Made by a program: the position numbers and the translations under genes
Notes under the pieces: model-generated
Seen by the model: the letters and a program-made list of their open reading frames with translations, nothing else
What the model was told of the DNA's origin: nothing
Databases searched by the model: none
In this document: positions 32,916 through 42,421 of the stretch, piece by piece
How the letters are laid out: the number at the start of each line of letters is the position of its first letter
Position numbering within the stretch: the stretch's first letter is position 1
Assembly (NCBI GenBank): GCA_965261735.1
Contig: OZ253470.1
Coordinates: 4,416,001 to 4,480,000 of the forward strand
Direction: 5' to 3'
Source of the DNA: Alphaproteobacteria bacterium
GTDB lineage: Bacteria > Pseudomonadota > Alphaproteobacteria > SHVV01
Length of the DNA: 64,000 nt

Positions 32916-33446
32916 GTAGCCGTCATCCTTGTGGCGGGATTCTGCCTTCGAAGATGCTCCGACGGGCCTTGGCCTTGCGCGAGATTAGGGAAGGGGAACG
33001 GTTCGCGGGTAGCGCAAGGTACCGTATGAAAGACTGCGAGATGGCTGGGATTGCGATTTGCGCCCAATTGAAGGGAGGTCGCCGGAGAGCACCCTGCCAG
33101 AGACTTTCTCAAGCCGCGGCACCGGCTCAATCCGAATCGGTCCGTCGTCAATTCATAGCGGCTCCGGATAGAACCCGAACGCCTTCTTGGTCTTGCTCAG
33201 GAATTTCACCGCGTCTCGCAATAACTCAGTGGCCTGCGCCGACGCCACTCGTTTCAGAATGAAGACGTACCCGCGGGCAGGGCATTCCGGTTTCTTACTC
33301 TTCGTCAGCGCTTCCCCGACGAGAAGGCCCAACGGAATTTCTCCAGTCGGGGAGACACGTCGTCCGCGCCGGCTCCCTCAATGACTCAACACTCTGAAAC
33401 GGCGCAATCCCGCCGCGCTCCTTTCACTGTTCAAGTGCACAACGAC

Positions 33447-33493
33447 GTGACACAATGTCGGAAGATCCAACCTAATGACCGGCGTTTAGTCAC
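33447..33493 (+). promoter_or_regulatory. Imperfect inverted repeat directly before abiEi, probable autoregulatory operator
   Basis: GTGACACAATGTCGG / CCGGCGTTTAGTCAC, 11 of 15 complementary. Confidence 0.5.
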
Positions 33494-34120
33494 ATGATGC
33501 CCGCAGCCACGACATCGCAGAGGAATCGTGCCATCACTCTTCTCAAGGCGCGCGGCCCCATGCGTCGCATCGAGCTCAGCGACGCCGGGGTCCACCCGGA
33601 AACGCTCGCGCGCATGCTTGAGGACCGCATCCTGACCCGCGTCACCCGCGGGCTCTACCAGCTCGCCGATGCCGAAGTCACGGCACCGCATGATCTCGCC
33701 GAGGTTGCCAAGCTTGTACCTAAAGGAGTCATCTGCCTCGTCTCCGCCCTTCAGTTCCACGACCTTATGCTCCAGACACCGGGCCGCGTATGGCTCGCCA
33801 TAGGTCCGAAAGCGCGAAAGCCCAAGATCGACTATCCCCCAACCCGAATAGTGCGGTTCGGACCGCGATCGCTTTCCCTCGGCGTGCAAACCCACACTGT
33901 AGACGGCGTCTCGGTGCCTATTTTCGATCCAGCCAAGACAGTCGTCGATTGCTTTCGATTCAGGCAGCACGTCGGTCTCGATATCGCGCTCGAAGGTCTC
34001 CACAATGTCATGAGGTCCGGCAAGGTCAAACCGGCGCAGATCGTTGACTACGCCCGCGATATCCGCATCTGGTCCGTTTTGCGGCCCTATCTGGAAACCG
34101 TGGTCGCCAATGGTGCGTGA
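33494..34120 (+). CDS. abiEi: Type IV toxin-antitoxin AbiEi-family antitoxin
   Basis: N-terminal wHTH (RVTRGLYQ), GVICLVSALQFH, AKTVVDCFRFR. Confidence 0.88.
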   Translation: MMPAATTSQRNRAITLLKARGPMRRIELSDAGVHPETLARMLEDRILTRVTRGLYQLADAEVTAPHDLAEVAKLVPKGVICLVSALQFHDLMLQTPGRVWLAIGPKARKPKIDYPPTRIVRFGPRSLSLGVQTHTVDGVSVPIFDPAKTVVDCFRFRQHVGLDIALEGLHNVMRSGKVKPAQIVDYARDIRIWSVLRPYLETVVANGA

Positions 34121-34247
34121 ACCGAGGAATGTCGCCGCTTCTGTGCGTGCGCGGCTGCAAAACCTCGCCAGGGAGCAACAGGCCAATTTCCAGCGCGTGC
34201 TTACCCGATATGCCCTTGAGCGGCTTCTCTTCCGACTGAGCGTCTCG
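34110..34247 (+). pseudogene. abiEii: AbiEii nucleotidyltransferase toxin, 5' fragment
   Basis: NVAASVRARL...RYALERLLFRLS; ends before the LKGG motif, at IS1595 sequence. Confidence 0.82.
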
Positions 34248-34690
34248 CGGCAGGTATTGCTCGGCAACCTCTGGATCACCACACTCGGCAACAGCGAAGT
34301 GCTCATAGCCGCGCTTACCGAGGCCAGCATAGCCGCTCCAATCGTCAGTAACGATCAGCGATCGCGGCGCGACGGTGCTCTCGACGAACCCACAGAGCGA
34401 CTCGGCGCTACGGTCGAGCACGACGGCGAGCCGAACGCGTCCGGCATAGCGTCCGTCTTTCCGGTTGTCGAGCTTGGTGCCCGGCTTTCGATGACGCACC
34501 TCGATGGCACAGGAGACGGGAACCTTGTGGTGAACACCACGGCCTTCCCCACGCGTTCGCCCGCCAACCCAGGTTTCGTCCACCTCAACATGGTTCTTGG
34601 GCTGTCCACCGATCCTGTCTTGGTTGGGCCGCACCATGCCCGAGCGGAGCTTGTGGAGAATTTGAAAGGCCGTCTCGTAGCGCGAAAGAC

Positions 34691-36084
34691 GGCTGTGTCT
34701 CGAAAGTGGTGGAAATTTGAGGATGGCGTAATCTCCGGGTGACAAGACAACCACCCAATCGGCGGCTAGCACCGCCAAGGAGATCACGCCATGAAGAACA
34801 CTACCGAGACTTCCGCGCTTTCGCTACTGGCCAATGACGCCGGCTATGATCCGCTCGAGGACCGGCTGCGGGAGAACATCAGATCCACGATCGAGGCCGT
34901 TTTTGAGGAGGAACTTGCGCAGTTTCTCGGGCGCTGCCGATACGGTCGAGAGGACGCGCTTCGGCAAGGGTATCGGAACGGGCACCGGGAGCGGCAACTG
35001 ACGGGGACATTCGGGACCGAGAGGGTGAGCGTGCCGCGTGCGCGGATCGTTGAGGAAGACGGTCGGGCGTCGGAATGGCGTTCGCGGGCGCTGCCGCGCT
35101 ACCAGCGGCTGACCAGAAAGGCCGAGGCGCTGATCGCTTCGGTGTATCTGTCCGGAACCAACACGCGGCGGGTGAAACGCGCGCTGTTCGGGCTCTTCCG
35201 GGGTGCTGTGAGCAAGGACGTTGTGAGCCGGGCGTGGCGCAAGGTGAAGGTCGATTGGGACGCCTGGTGCAGCCGTGGCCTCGCGGATGAGGATATCGTT
35301 CGGCTGATCCTTGACGGCACTGTGATCAAGACCCGACTGGACCGCAAGGCCACCAACATCTCGGTTCTCGCGGCTATAGGGGTGCGCCGGGATGGCCAGA
35401 AGGTCTTGCTTTCGATCGGGAATATGGGCGGAGAAAGCCAGGCGGCGTGGCGCCAGTTCCTCGACGACCTTGATGCGCGTGGACTGAAACGGCCCGGGTT
35501 TGTCATCGTCGATGGCGCGCCGGGACTGGAGGCGGCTCTGTCGGCGCTTTGGGGCGATGACCTTCCCGTTCAACGCTGCACCGTGCACAAGCACCGCAAC
35601 CTTCTGGGTCATGCTCCCAAACACATGCATGACGAGCTGAGCGAAGATTACCGCGATATGATCTATGCCGACACTGCCTCCGAGGTGGAAACCCGCCGCA
35701 AGGCGTTTGTCCGCAAGTGGCGGCTGAAATGCAGGGCCGTCGCGGACAGCCTCGCAGAAGCGGGCGACAAGCTCTTTACCTTCACGCGCCTGTCCAAGAG
35801 CCAATGGAAATCAGCCCGAACGACCAACGCCATTGAGCGTCTCAACGAGGAGTTCAAGCGCCGGATCAAAACACAGACCGTGCTGCCGTGTCCCGAAACA
35901 GTGCCGATGCTCCTCTGGGCACTCCTCGCTTCCGGCCAAATCCAGATGCGCAAAGTCGATGGATGGGAAACCCTCGATCAGCTAATCGCCGACGAAACCC
36001 TTGACCGCGCAGCCTGACCGCCGCAAAACTCAACCCGCTCGGAGAGGCGCCAAAACCAATTTCCACCACTTTCGAGACACAACC
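34691..36084 (+). mobile_element. IS256 copy 3, complete
   Basis: Both TIRs; 8-bp target duplication CGAAAGAC (34683-34690, 36085-36092). Confidence 0.95.
34791..36017 (+). CDS. IS256-family transposase
   Basis: 408 aa, differs from 8222-9448 at two residues. Confidence 0.95.
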   Translation: MKNTTETSALSLLANDAGYDPLEDRLRENIRSTIEAVFEEELAQFLGRCRYGREDALRQGYRNGHRERQLTGTFGTERVSVPRARIVEEDGRASEWRSRALPRYQRLTRKAEALIASVYLSGTNTRRVKRALFGLFRGAVSKDVVSRAWRKVKVDWDAWCSRGLADEDIVRLILDGTVIKTRLDRKATNISVLAAIGVRRDGQKVLLSIGNMGGESQAAWRQFLDDLDARGLKRPGFVIVDGAPGLEAALSALWGDDLPVQRCTVHKHRNLLGHAPKHMHDELSEDYRDMIYADTASEVETRRKAFVRKWRLKCRAVADSLAEAGDKLFTFTRLSKSQWKSARTTNAIERLNEEFKRRIKTQTVLPCPETVPMLLWALLASGQIQMRKVDGWETLDQLIADETLDRAA

Positions 36085-36501
36085 CGAAAGACCAAGTTGC
36101 CGCTGAAACTGCACGGCGGACATGCCGGGCGTCTGACTGGCGACCAGATAAGCGGCCCAGAACCAGACGTTCAGCGGAGTGTGGCTACGCTCCATCACTG
36201 TTCCCACCGTCAGCCCGGTGTTCTGGCGGCACTTGCGGCAGCGCAGGACGCCAGGGCGGTTTTCAAAGTGGAACGGCTCTCCCGCCGTGCCGCAGTGCGG
36301 GCAGGCAAAGCCGTCTCCCCAGCGGGCTTTCTCCAGGTAGGCGGCGCAGGCCGCATCATCGGGGAAAAGTCGCTGGAACTCGGGTAGCGAATGCGGGAAT
36401 GGGAGATCGGCGCGGTCGAGAACATCCATGGCGCGCTCCCCTACATCCGGGTTGCGCCCATTCTAGCCCTAGTGGGTGTGGGTGTAAACAGGATAGGCAA
36501 G

Positions 36502-36948
36502 GTCCGTTGGTCCGTTGTTTGGCGGCGAGATCAAGCGGCGGCGGGTCGACCTGCGCAACTGGTCGAACTGGCGCTGGCATCTTGATGAGGTGTCCGTCCG
36601 CATCAACGGCGAGCCACATTATCTATGGCGCTCGGTTGATCACGAAGGAGAGGTGCTCGAGGTCTTGCCACGAAACGGCGGGATCGCAGGGCTGCGCACA
36701 AGTTCCTGAGGCGCGCCATGAAACGTTATGGCCGGCTACAGTCCATCGTCACGGACAGGCTTCGGTTATATCGGGCGGCGTTGAAGGTGATCGGCAACGA
36801 GGTTTGTCAAGAGACCGGGCGTTGGCTCAACAATCGGGCCGAGAACTCGCACCAGCCGTTCAGACGACGAGAACGCGCAACGGCCAAATTCAGGGACGCA
36901 AAGACCCTGCAGAAATTCATTGCTGTCCATACCTCGATCCACAACCAA
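36502..36948 (+). pseudogene. IS6-family transposase fragment (frameshifted)
   Basis: WHLDEV, LWRSVDHEGEVL, IVTD, NNRAENSHQPFRRRER. Confidence 0.85.
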
Positions 36949-38274
36949 GACCGCCTGACCCGGTCCTTGGCCGACTTCGCACGCATGATCGAGATCTTCG
37001 ATCGCCGCCGGGTCAGCTTCGTCAGCGTCACCCAGGCCTTCAACACCACGACCAGCATGGGCCGCCTGACACTGAACGTGCTCTTGTCCTTCGCCCAGTT
37101 CGAGCGCGAGGTGACGGGCGAGCGCATCCGCGACAAGATCGCGGCCTCCAAGGCCAAGGGCATGTGGATGGGCGGCACTGTGCCGCTTGGCTACGACCCG
37201 CCTGGGGATGGCACGCGCGCCCTGGCGGTCAACCAGGAGGAGGCCGAGATCGTGCGCACCATCTTCCGAGCCTATATCGACCTCGGCTCGGTGCACGCGC
37301 TGCAGCGATGGCTTGAGGACCGGGGCATCCGTTCGAAGCGGCGGGTGACGCGGGCGGGTCGACTATCCGGCGGCCGACCGTTCAGCCGCGGCGCGCTCTT
37401 TCAACTGCTGCGCAACAGAGTCTATCGCGGCCTGATCGTCCACAAGGGGAGGGTGCATCCGGGCCGGCACCAGGCCATCATCGATGCCGATCTCTTCGAG
37501 GCTGTCCAGGCGCGCCTCGATGCGAACACTCGCCGTCGCGCATCGAAGCTGGAGCAGAAGTTGAATGCCCCTCTGGCCGGGCGCCTCTTCGATGCGGATG
37601 GTCGGCCGATGTCGCCGACCTTCTCCCACGGGAGAGGCGGCAAGCTCTATCGCTACTACGTCTCGGCACCGCTTCAGCAAGGTGCAAGGCGCGATCCGTC
37701 CGACACAGCCATCCGGCGTATCTCCGCACCATCGCTCGAAGTCGCCCTCGCGGCTGCGCTGCGTCGCGTGATCCCGGGATGTCCGGTTGATCCCATCACG
37801 CTTGTTGTCCGCGCCGAGCTCCACGATCAGTCGCTGCACTGCTTGCTGCCGATCGACCGGGTCGTCGCGATGCGCGAGCGCCTCGAGCCCCACGAACGGG
37901 TCGAGCCGGATCCAGTGGATGCGCGCCTCGCCAGGCTGCATCTGCCCCTGGTCCGGCGTCGCGGTCAGACCTGGGTTCTTAAGGGCCAAAGTCCGGGACA
38001 CATGCCGGACCCGGTTCTGGTCAGGGCGCTCCGCTCCGCTCACGCCATGCTGCACTATGACGATGACGGGCTGCCGGCACTCACTGCAGTACCCGATACG
38101 CCCCATCGACGCCGGCTCGTCCGCCTGGCCTTTCTGGCGCCAGAGATCCAGCGGGCGATCGTTGAAGGTCGCCAATCCGCAGGCCTGACACTGTCACGGC
38201 TCCTCAAGGGCCCGATGCCGCTCGACTGGTCGCAGCAAGCCGCCCGCTTCCCGTTTGCGGCATCGCCGGAATAG
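36949..38274 (+). pseudogene. Large serine recombinase lacking the catalytic N-terminus
   Basis: DRLTRS, SFAQFEREVTGERIRDKIAASKAKGMWMGG, GRHQAII, YRYYVS. Confidence 0.88.
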
Positions 38275-38353
38275 GGATCGGCACGGGAAAGTTTGTAAGG
38301 CATTGATATTACGGGAGGCTCTCGGTTTATTGGTTGGAAAACCCGCAATATTC

Positions 38354-38782
38354 TCCCTGTTTTGAGGCCGAAATCGCAAAAATTCCCTGTTTCCGCCAAA
38401 CTCACCCTTGCATCGCGCTCGCGGAGACCGCACACCGCGAAGCCCGGTAATTGCCGGAAATGCTCCCGCGTTCAGGAGCTGCGAATTCCGATTGACCGCG
38501 AAACAGGCCCTGTTTTCCGTGGGTTGGCCGCGCCATGCGATGAAGAGACTGCCTCGCCGGGGTGGCTGGCTGTGCAGGCAGTCTCCCGCGAACTCGTCTC
38601 TGAGGCCAATTCCCTGCTTAACAGGGAAAATACAGGGAAATTTTCTCTTTTGCAGGGATTCAGAAGCTTTCCTGTGTTTAAAACATGGCAGAAACGCTAG
38701 TGTTTTCGGTCCAATTCCCTAAACCATGTAACAGGGAATTTATTTGAACGAACAGGGATTTTGTTCGGGAGAACAGGGAATT
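38354..38782. repeat. Cluster of direct and inverted (A)ACAGGGA(A/T) motifs
   Basis: Copies at 38354, 38381, 38608, 38713 (inverted) and 38620, 38631, 38652, 38730, 38751, 38772 (direct). Confidence 0.8.
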
Positions 38783-38992
38783 CTACTGGTCCACGGCGGC
38801 AGCCGAAACATGACCGCGCCCGGCGCCGGCGCCGGGTCGATGTGGTTCATGAGTTGGCGGGAGCCTGAGGCCGCTTGGTTGTGGGTCTTGCAGGTCCGAC
38901 CCAGTTAGTCTGATGGTATGGACGCCCCCTACGGCTTCACGATGAGCCATACTGGAGTGTGTTGAACAACCCAGACAGAGGGAGCGTCCACG

Positions 38993-40012
38993 ATGGATAT
39001 TACGACAATTGGGTTTGATCTGGCAAAGACGGTGTTCCAGGTTCACGGTGCTGATGGTGAGGGACGACCGGTACTACGGCGGAAGCTGCGCCGCGGGAAG
39101 GTGCTGGCGTTCTTCGCCGGATTGCCATCCTGTCTTGTCGGTATGGAAGCCTGTGCCTCTGCGCACTATTGGGCTCGGGAACTGCAAGCACACGGGCACA
39201 AAGTTCAGCTGATTCCGCCTCAATACGTTCGTCCCTTCGTCAAAACGAATAAGAACGACGCAGCGGATGCGGAAGCGATCTGTGAGGCAGTGACGCGTCC
39301 GACGATGCGCTTTGCACCGGCGAAAAGCGCCGAGCAGCAGTCGGTTCTGATGCTGCACCGGGCCCGAGAGCTGTTGGTCCGTCAACGCACGATGGTGATC
39401 AATGCGCTGCGCGGCCACTGTGCGGAGTTCGGACTGATCGTCGCTCAGGGGGCGTCGAAGGTGGAGGAACTGGTTGCCATTATCGAAGATCCCGGCGATG
39501 TGCGACTGCCGCCTCTGGCACGCGAGGCGCTTGGCTCTCTGGTTGAGCAGCTCCGCTCTGCTCAGGCCCGGATCAAGCAGCTGGAAGTGACGCTTTTGGC
39601 ATGGCACCGCTCCAACGAGGCGAACCGCCGTCTTGCGACGATCCCCGGCGTCGGTGTCATCACCGCGACGGCGCTGGTCGCGACGATCGGAGATGGCGCG
39701 CAGTTTCGCTCGGGCCGGCAGCTCTCGGCCTGGCTCGGTCTCGTGCCCCGACAACACTCGAGTGGCGGCAAGGACAGGCTGGGGCGGATCTCGAAGCGCG
39801 GGGATGGCTATATCAGGCGCTTGCTCGTGCATGGTGCGCGAAGCGTGCTGCGCTGGCGCCGCGCCAAGCCGGGCACGGGGCCTGGCTGGACCGACCGGCT
39901 CCTGGCGCGGCGGCCGACAAACGTCGTGCTGGTCGCCATGGCCAATAAGACAGCCCGCGTCGCCTGGGCACTGCTCAGATACGAGCGTATCTACCGACCG
40001 ACGCCCGCCTGA
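38993..40012 (+). CDS. IS110-family recombinase (DEDD + Tnp20)
   Basis: GFDLAK, GMEAC, KNDAADAEAI, GLVPRQHSSGGK. Confidence 0.95.
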   Translation: MDITTIGFDLAKTVFQVHGADGEGRPVLRRKLRRGKVLAFFAGLPSCLVGMEACASAHYWARELQAHGHKVQLIPPQYVRPFVKTNKNDAADAEAICEAVTRPTMRFAPAKSAEQQSVLMLHRARELLVRQRTMVINALRGHCAEFGLIVAQGASKVEELVAIIEDPGDVRLPPLAREALGSLVEQLRSAQARIKQLEVTLLAWHRSNEANRRLATIPGVGVITATALVATIGDGAQFRSGRQLSAWLGLVPRQHSSGGKDRLGRISKRGDGYIRRLLVHGARSVLRWRRAKPGTGPGWTDRLLARRPTNVVLVAMANKTARVAWALLRYERIYRPTPA

Positions 40013-40182
40013 CCAGCTGGAAAGCGGATACAAACTTAAGAAGGTAACGACGATTTGATGGCGAAACAGGGCTCCACCCGAGATCGGCCAAACCCGAGGC
40101 ATTGTCAGAGCTTTGAGCTCGTTAATCTGACTGGGCGTCGATCTTTCGGATTCCATCAAGGCCAGCGGTCAGCGTACCGCAG
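40013..40182 (+). ncRNA. Predicted bridge/seek RNA of element A (3'-truncated)
   Basis: GTTAATCTGA (40121-40130) matches left flank GTTAGTCTGA (38904-38913); CCATC is complementary to the element end GATGG. Confidence 0.6.
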
Positions 40183-40328
40183 AGAGCGGAACCTTGTGGC
40201 TGGTTATGGTGCCGTTTACGGTTTCCTTGCTCATCTATGAGGGCTTCTTGCTGATCCGCGGAGCCAAATAAGGACTTGTCTAGTCATGTATATAAGCCCC
40301 AAATTAAATACCGACCTGGAGGGGAGAG

Positions 40329-40545
40329 ATGACAGAGCCGACGAGGCGGCGATTTTCGCCGGAATATAAGGAACAGTCGTTGCTCGGCTGTCGAAGCCGG
40401 GTGCGACGCATGGCAGTGTGGCTGCCGAGCTCGGCGTCACACCAACGCAGTTGAAGGCTCGAGCTTGAGGCCGCGGGCTCGGCCGCGGCGACCGCGGCGC
40501 AGAAAGCCGAGGCCGCTGAACTGGTGCAGCTTCGCCGGGATAATT
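40329..40545 (+). pseudogene. IS3-family OrfA remnant
   Basis: MTEPTRRRFSPEYKEQ...VAAELGVTPTQLK...ELVQLRRDN with frameshifts. Confidence 0.7.
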
Positions 40546-40687
40546 TCGCGGATGCGGTGCGCCAAATGCCATGCCGTTTTCTGAGTGGTACTCACCTCGC
40601 GGTCAAGATCCTGCTGATTATCATGGATCAGCAGAAATATTTTTGATACCGATTCAAGCCCCGGTCAGCTGATTACGAGGACAACCG

Positions 40688-41254
40688 ATGCTTCTCCGTT
40701 CGAATTTCGTCAGTGAGCCTAGAATAAGTATCGTAGCCGCCGCGATCATAATTGCGTTTATGGCCGCAGCCTTTTCGACAGCCAGCCAAGCGGCCGATTT
40801 GAAGGTTTCTTTCGCCGATGCAGCCTGGGACGGCAAAAAAGTTCCAAAGGGGCAACAATGCAGCAAGTTCGGGGGAAACGGCGCGACACCAGCGCTCAAC
40901 GTTGAGAACATCCCGGCCGGCGCCAATGCGATCATCGTGGAATTCAATGACCGAAGCTATCAGCCGCTTTCCTACGATGGGGGCCACGGCAAGATCGGCT
41001 ATTGGATCGAGGAAGGCTCGACCAGTGCCATGTTGCCTTCAGTTCCAGGCGAGGCGAAGGATTTGCCTGAAGGTTCCTTTGTCGAGAAGCGCAACCGGGC
41101 GACCGGTGACTACGCAAGGCCGGGCTACCTGCCTCCTTGCTCTGGTGGCCGCGGGAACAAGTACTTTGCCGAGGTGAAGGCAGTACAGAAGATCGAAGGC
41201 AAGAAAAAGCCCGAGGTGCTAGCCAAGACGAAGATCCAACTCGGCAGGTACTAG
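40688..41254 (+). CDS. Secreted YbhB/YbcL (PEBP)-like protein
   Basis: Signal peptide; TPALNVENIP, GGHG, YLPPCSGGRGNKY. Confidence 0.65.
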   Translation: MLLRSNFVSEPRISIVAAAIIIAFMAAAFSTASQAADLKVSFADAAWDGKKVPKGQQCSKFGGNGATPALNVENIPAGANAIIVEFNDRSYQPLSYDGGHGKIGYWIEEGSTSAMLPSVPGEAKDLPEGSFVEKRNRATGDYARPGYLPPCSGGRGNKYFAEVKAVQKIEGKKKPEVLAKTKIQLGRY

Positions 41255-41504
41255 GCGGTTCTCCGCGCCCGGATTGCCGCACTTCAACCACCCGGACCCC
41301 CATGTGAGGGCGCCTCGACCGTCCGCCGGACTGCACCCGCCGGATCGTGTTTCCACGCGGTCATCGGTATGGGGTGCAGGCGCTGACTACGGTTTATGAG
41401 CGGCGAACGAACACTTCACCGCGCGGTCCGTCCGCTTTGCATCCATCGCGCACTCGGCGATGGAGGAGCCGTAGTTGTCCCAGATGTGGCGGCTCCAGCC
41501 GCCG

Positions 41505-41630
41505 CTCGGGTGGTGGGTCGCAGCGCCCAAGCATGACGCGCTTGTTGGGGGCCTTCCTGCCACCGTCGCCGGCGCGGTAGTTGACGATGTAGGACTTACG
41601 GCCCGAGGGATAAACACGGACGCCAAAGCC
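41505..41630 (-). pseudogene. Integrase arm-domain fragment
   Basis: GFGVRVYPSGRKSYIVNYR...RVMLGR. Confidence 0.7.
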
Positions 41631-41654
41631 AGTATGCTCCGCTCCCGACGTGCT

Positions 41655-41800
41655 ACGGCCCAAGGTCGTAATCGCCGCCTCGTAGGCCGCAAAGTAGCGC
41701 TCGGCATCATTCGCCGTGTGCGCGGCCTCCCCGAGCATGTCGAACGACGCGGCCGCGCGCGCCTGCTTGGCGCGGCCAAGGGCTTCCTCGATCGTGTGGC
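41655..41800 (-). pseudogene. putA: Proline dehydrogenase (PutA) internal fragment
   Basis: GHTIEEAL...SFDMLGEAAHTANDAERYFAAYEAAI. Confidence 0.75.
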
Positions 41801-42004
41801 CGGAGACGATCCGCGAGAAATGTGCGGGGATCACGCCGTCCCGCTCTCCGCCGTCACCCTGGAGCTCGACTGGAAGATCGCGGTCCGGCTCGAAATGGTC
41901 GAGCGCGCAAGGGACATTATCGCGAGTGCGTACATGCTGGACTCCCTGGATCCCGCTCTGCCGACCGTATTGGCCGCCGTCATAGAAGGAAGAGGACTCT
42001 TCGA

Positions 42005-42280
42005 GCGGCACTTGCGGCAGCGCAGGACGCCAGGGCGGTTTTCAAAGTGGAACGGCTCTCCCGCCGTGCCGCAGTGCGGGCAGGCAAAGCCGTCTCCCCA
42101 GCGGGCTTTCTCCAGGTAGGCGGCGCAGGCCGCATCATCGGGGAAAAGTCGCTGGAACTCGGGTAGCGAATGCGGGAATGGGAGATCGGCGCGGTCGAGA
42201 ACATCCATGGCGCGCTCCCCTATATCCGGTTTGCGCCCATTCTAGCCCTAGTGGGTGTGGGTGTAAACCGGATAGGCAAG
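42005..42280 (-). mobile_element. IS1595-family 5' remnant
   Basis: MDVLDRADLPFP...CRKCR identical to the 36429 copy; same terminus. Confidence 0.9.
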
Positions 42281-42323
42281 GATGGAACAAGTATCATGAA
42301 CCGAGAGCGGCAGGGACAAATGG

Positions 42324-42416
42324 ATGGCAGATCAGCAACCTGACCTCAAATGGAGCGTCGAACGCCGCTTCGAATTCATCAAGTTCCGGCTCTGTTGGGA
42401 AGGCCGCGTGAACCGT
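42324..42416 (+). pseudogene. N-terminal remnant of WYL-domain regulator (BrxR/CapW-like)
   Basis: KWSVERRFEFIKFRLCWEGRVNR wHTH start. Confidence 0.65.
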
Positions 42417-42421
42417 GGAGT

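Larger units (their letters stand above)
34248..36501 (-). mobile_element. IS1595-family (ISSod11-group-like) element, 3'-truncated and interrupted by IS256 copy 3
   Basis: Zn finger CPHC...CRKC; QRQLGLS|RYETAF rejoins after IS256 removal; VEVDET, VTDDW; end CTTGCCTATC. Confidence 0.9.
38911..40182 (+). mobile_element. IS110-family (IS1111-type) element A, right end lost
   Basis: 7 bp then sub-terminal ATGGACGCCCC; downstream non-coding region breaks off near 40182 with no right IR. Confidence 0.8.

Noticed and set aside
38354-38782. Possible CRISPR array
   Set aside because: Repeats are only 8-11 bp, in mixed orientation, and there are no cas genes
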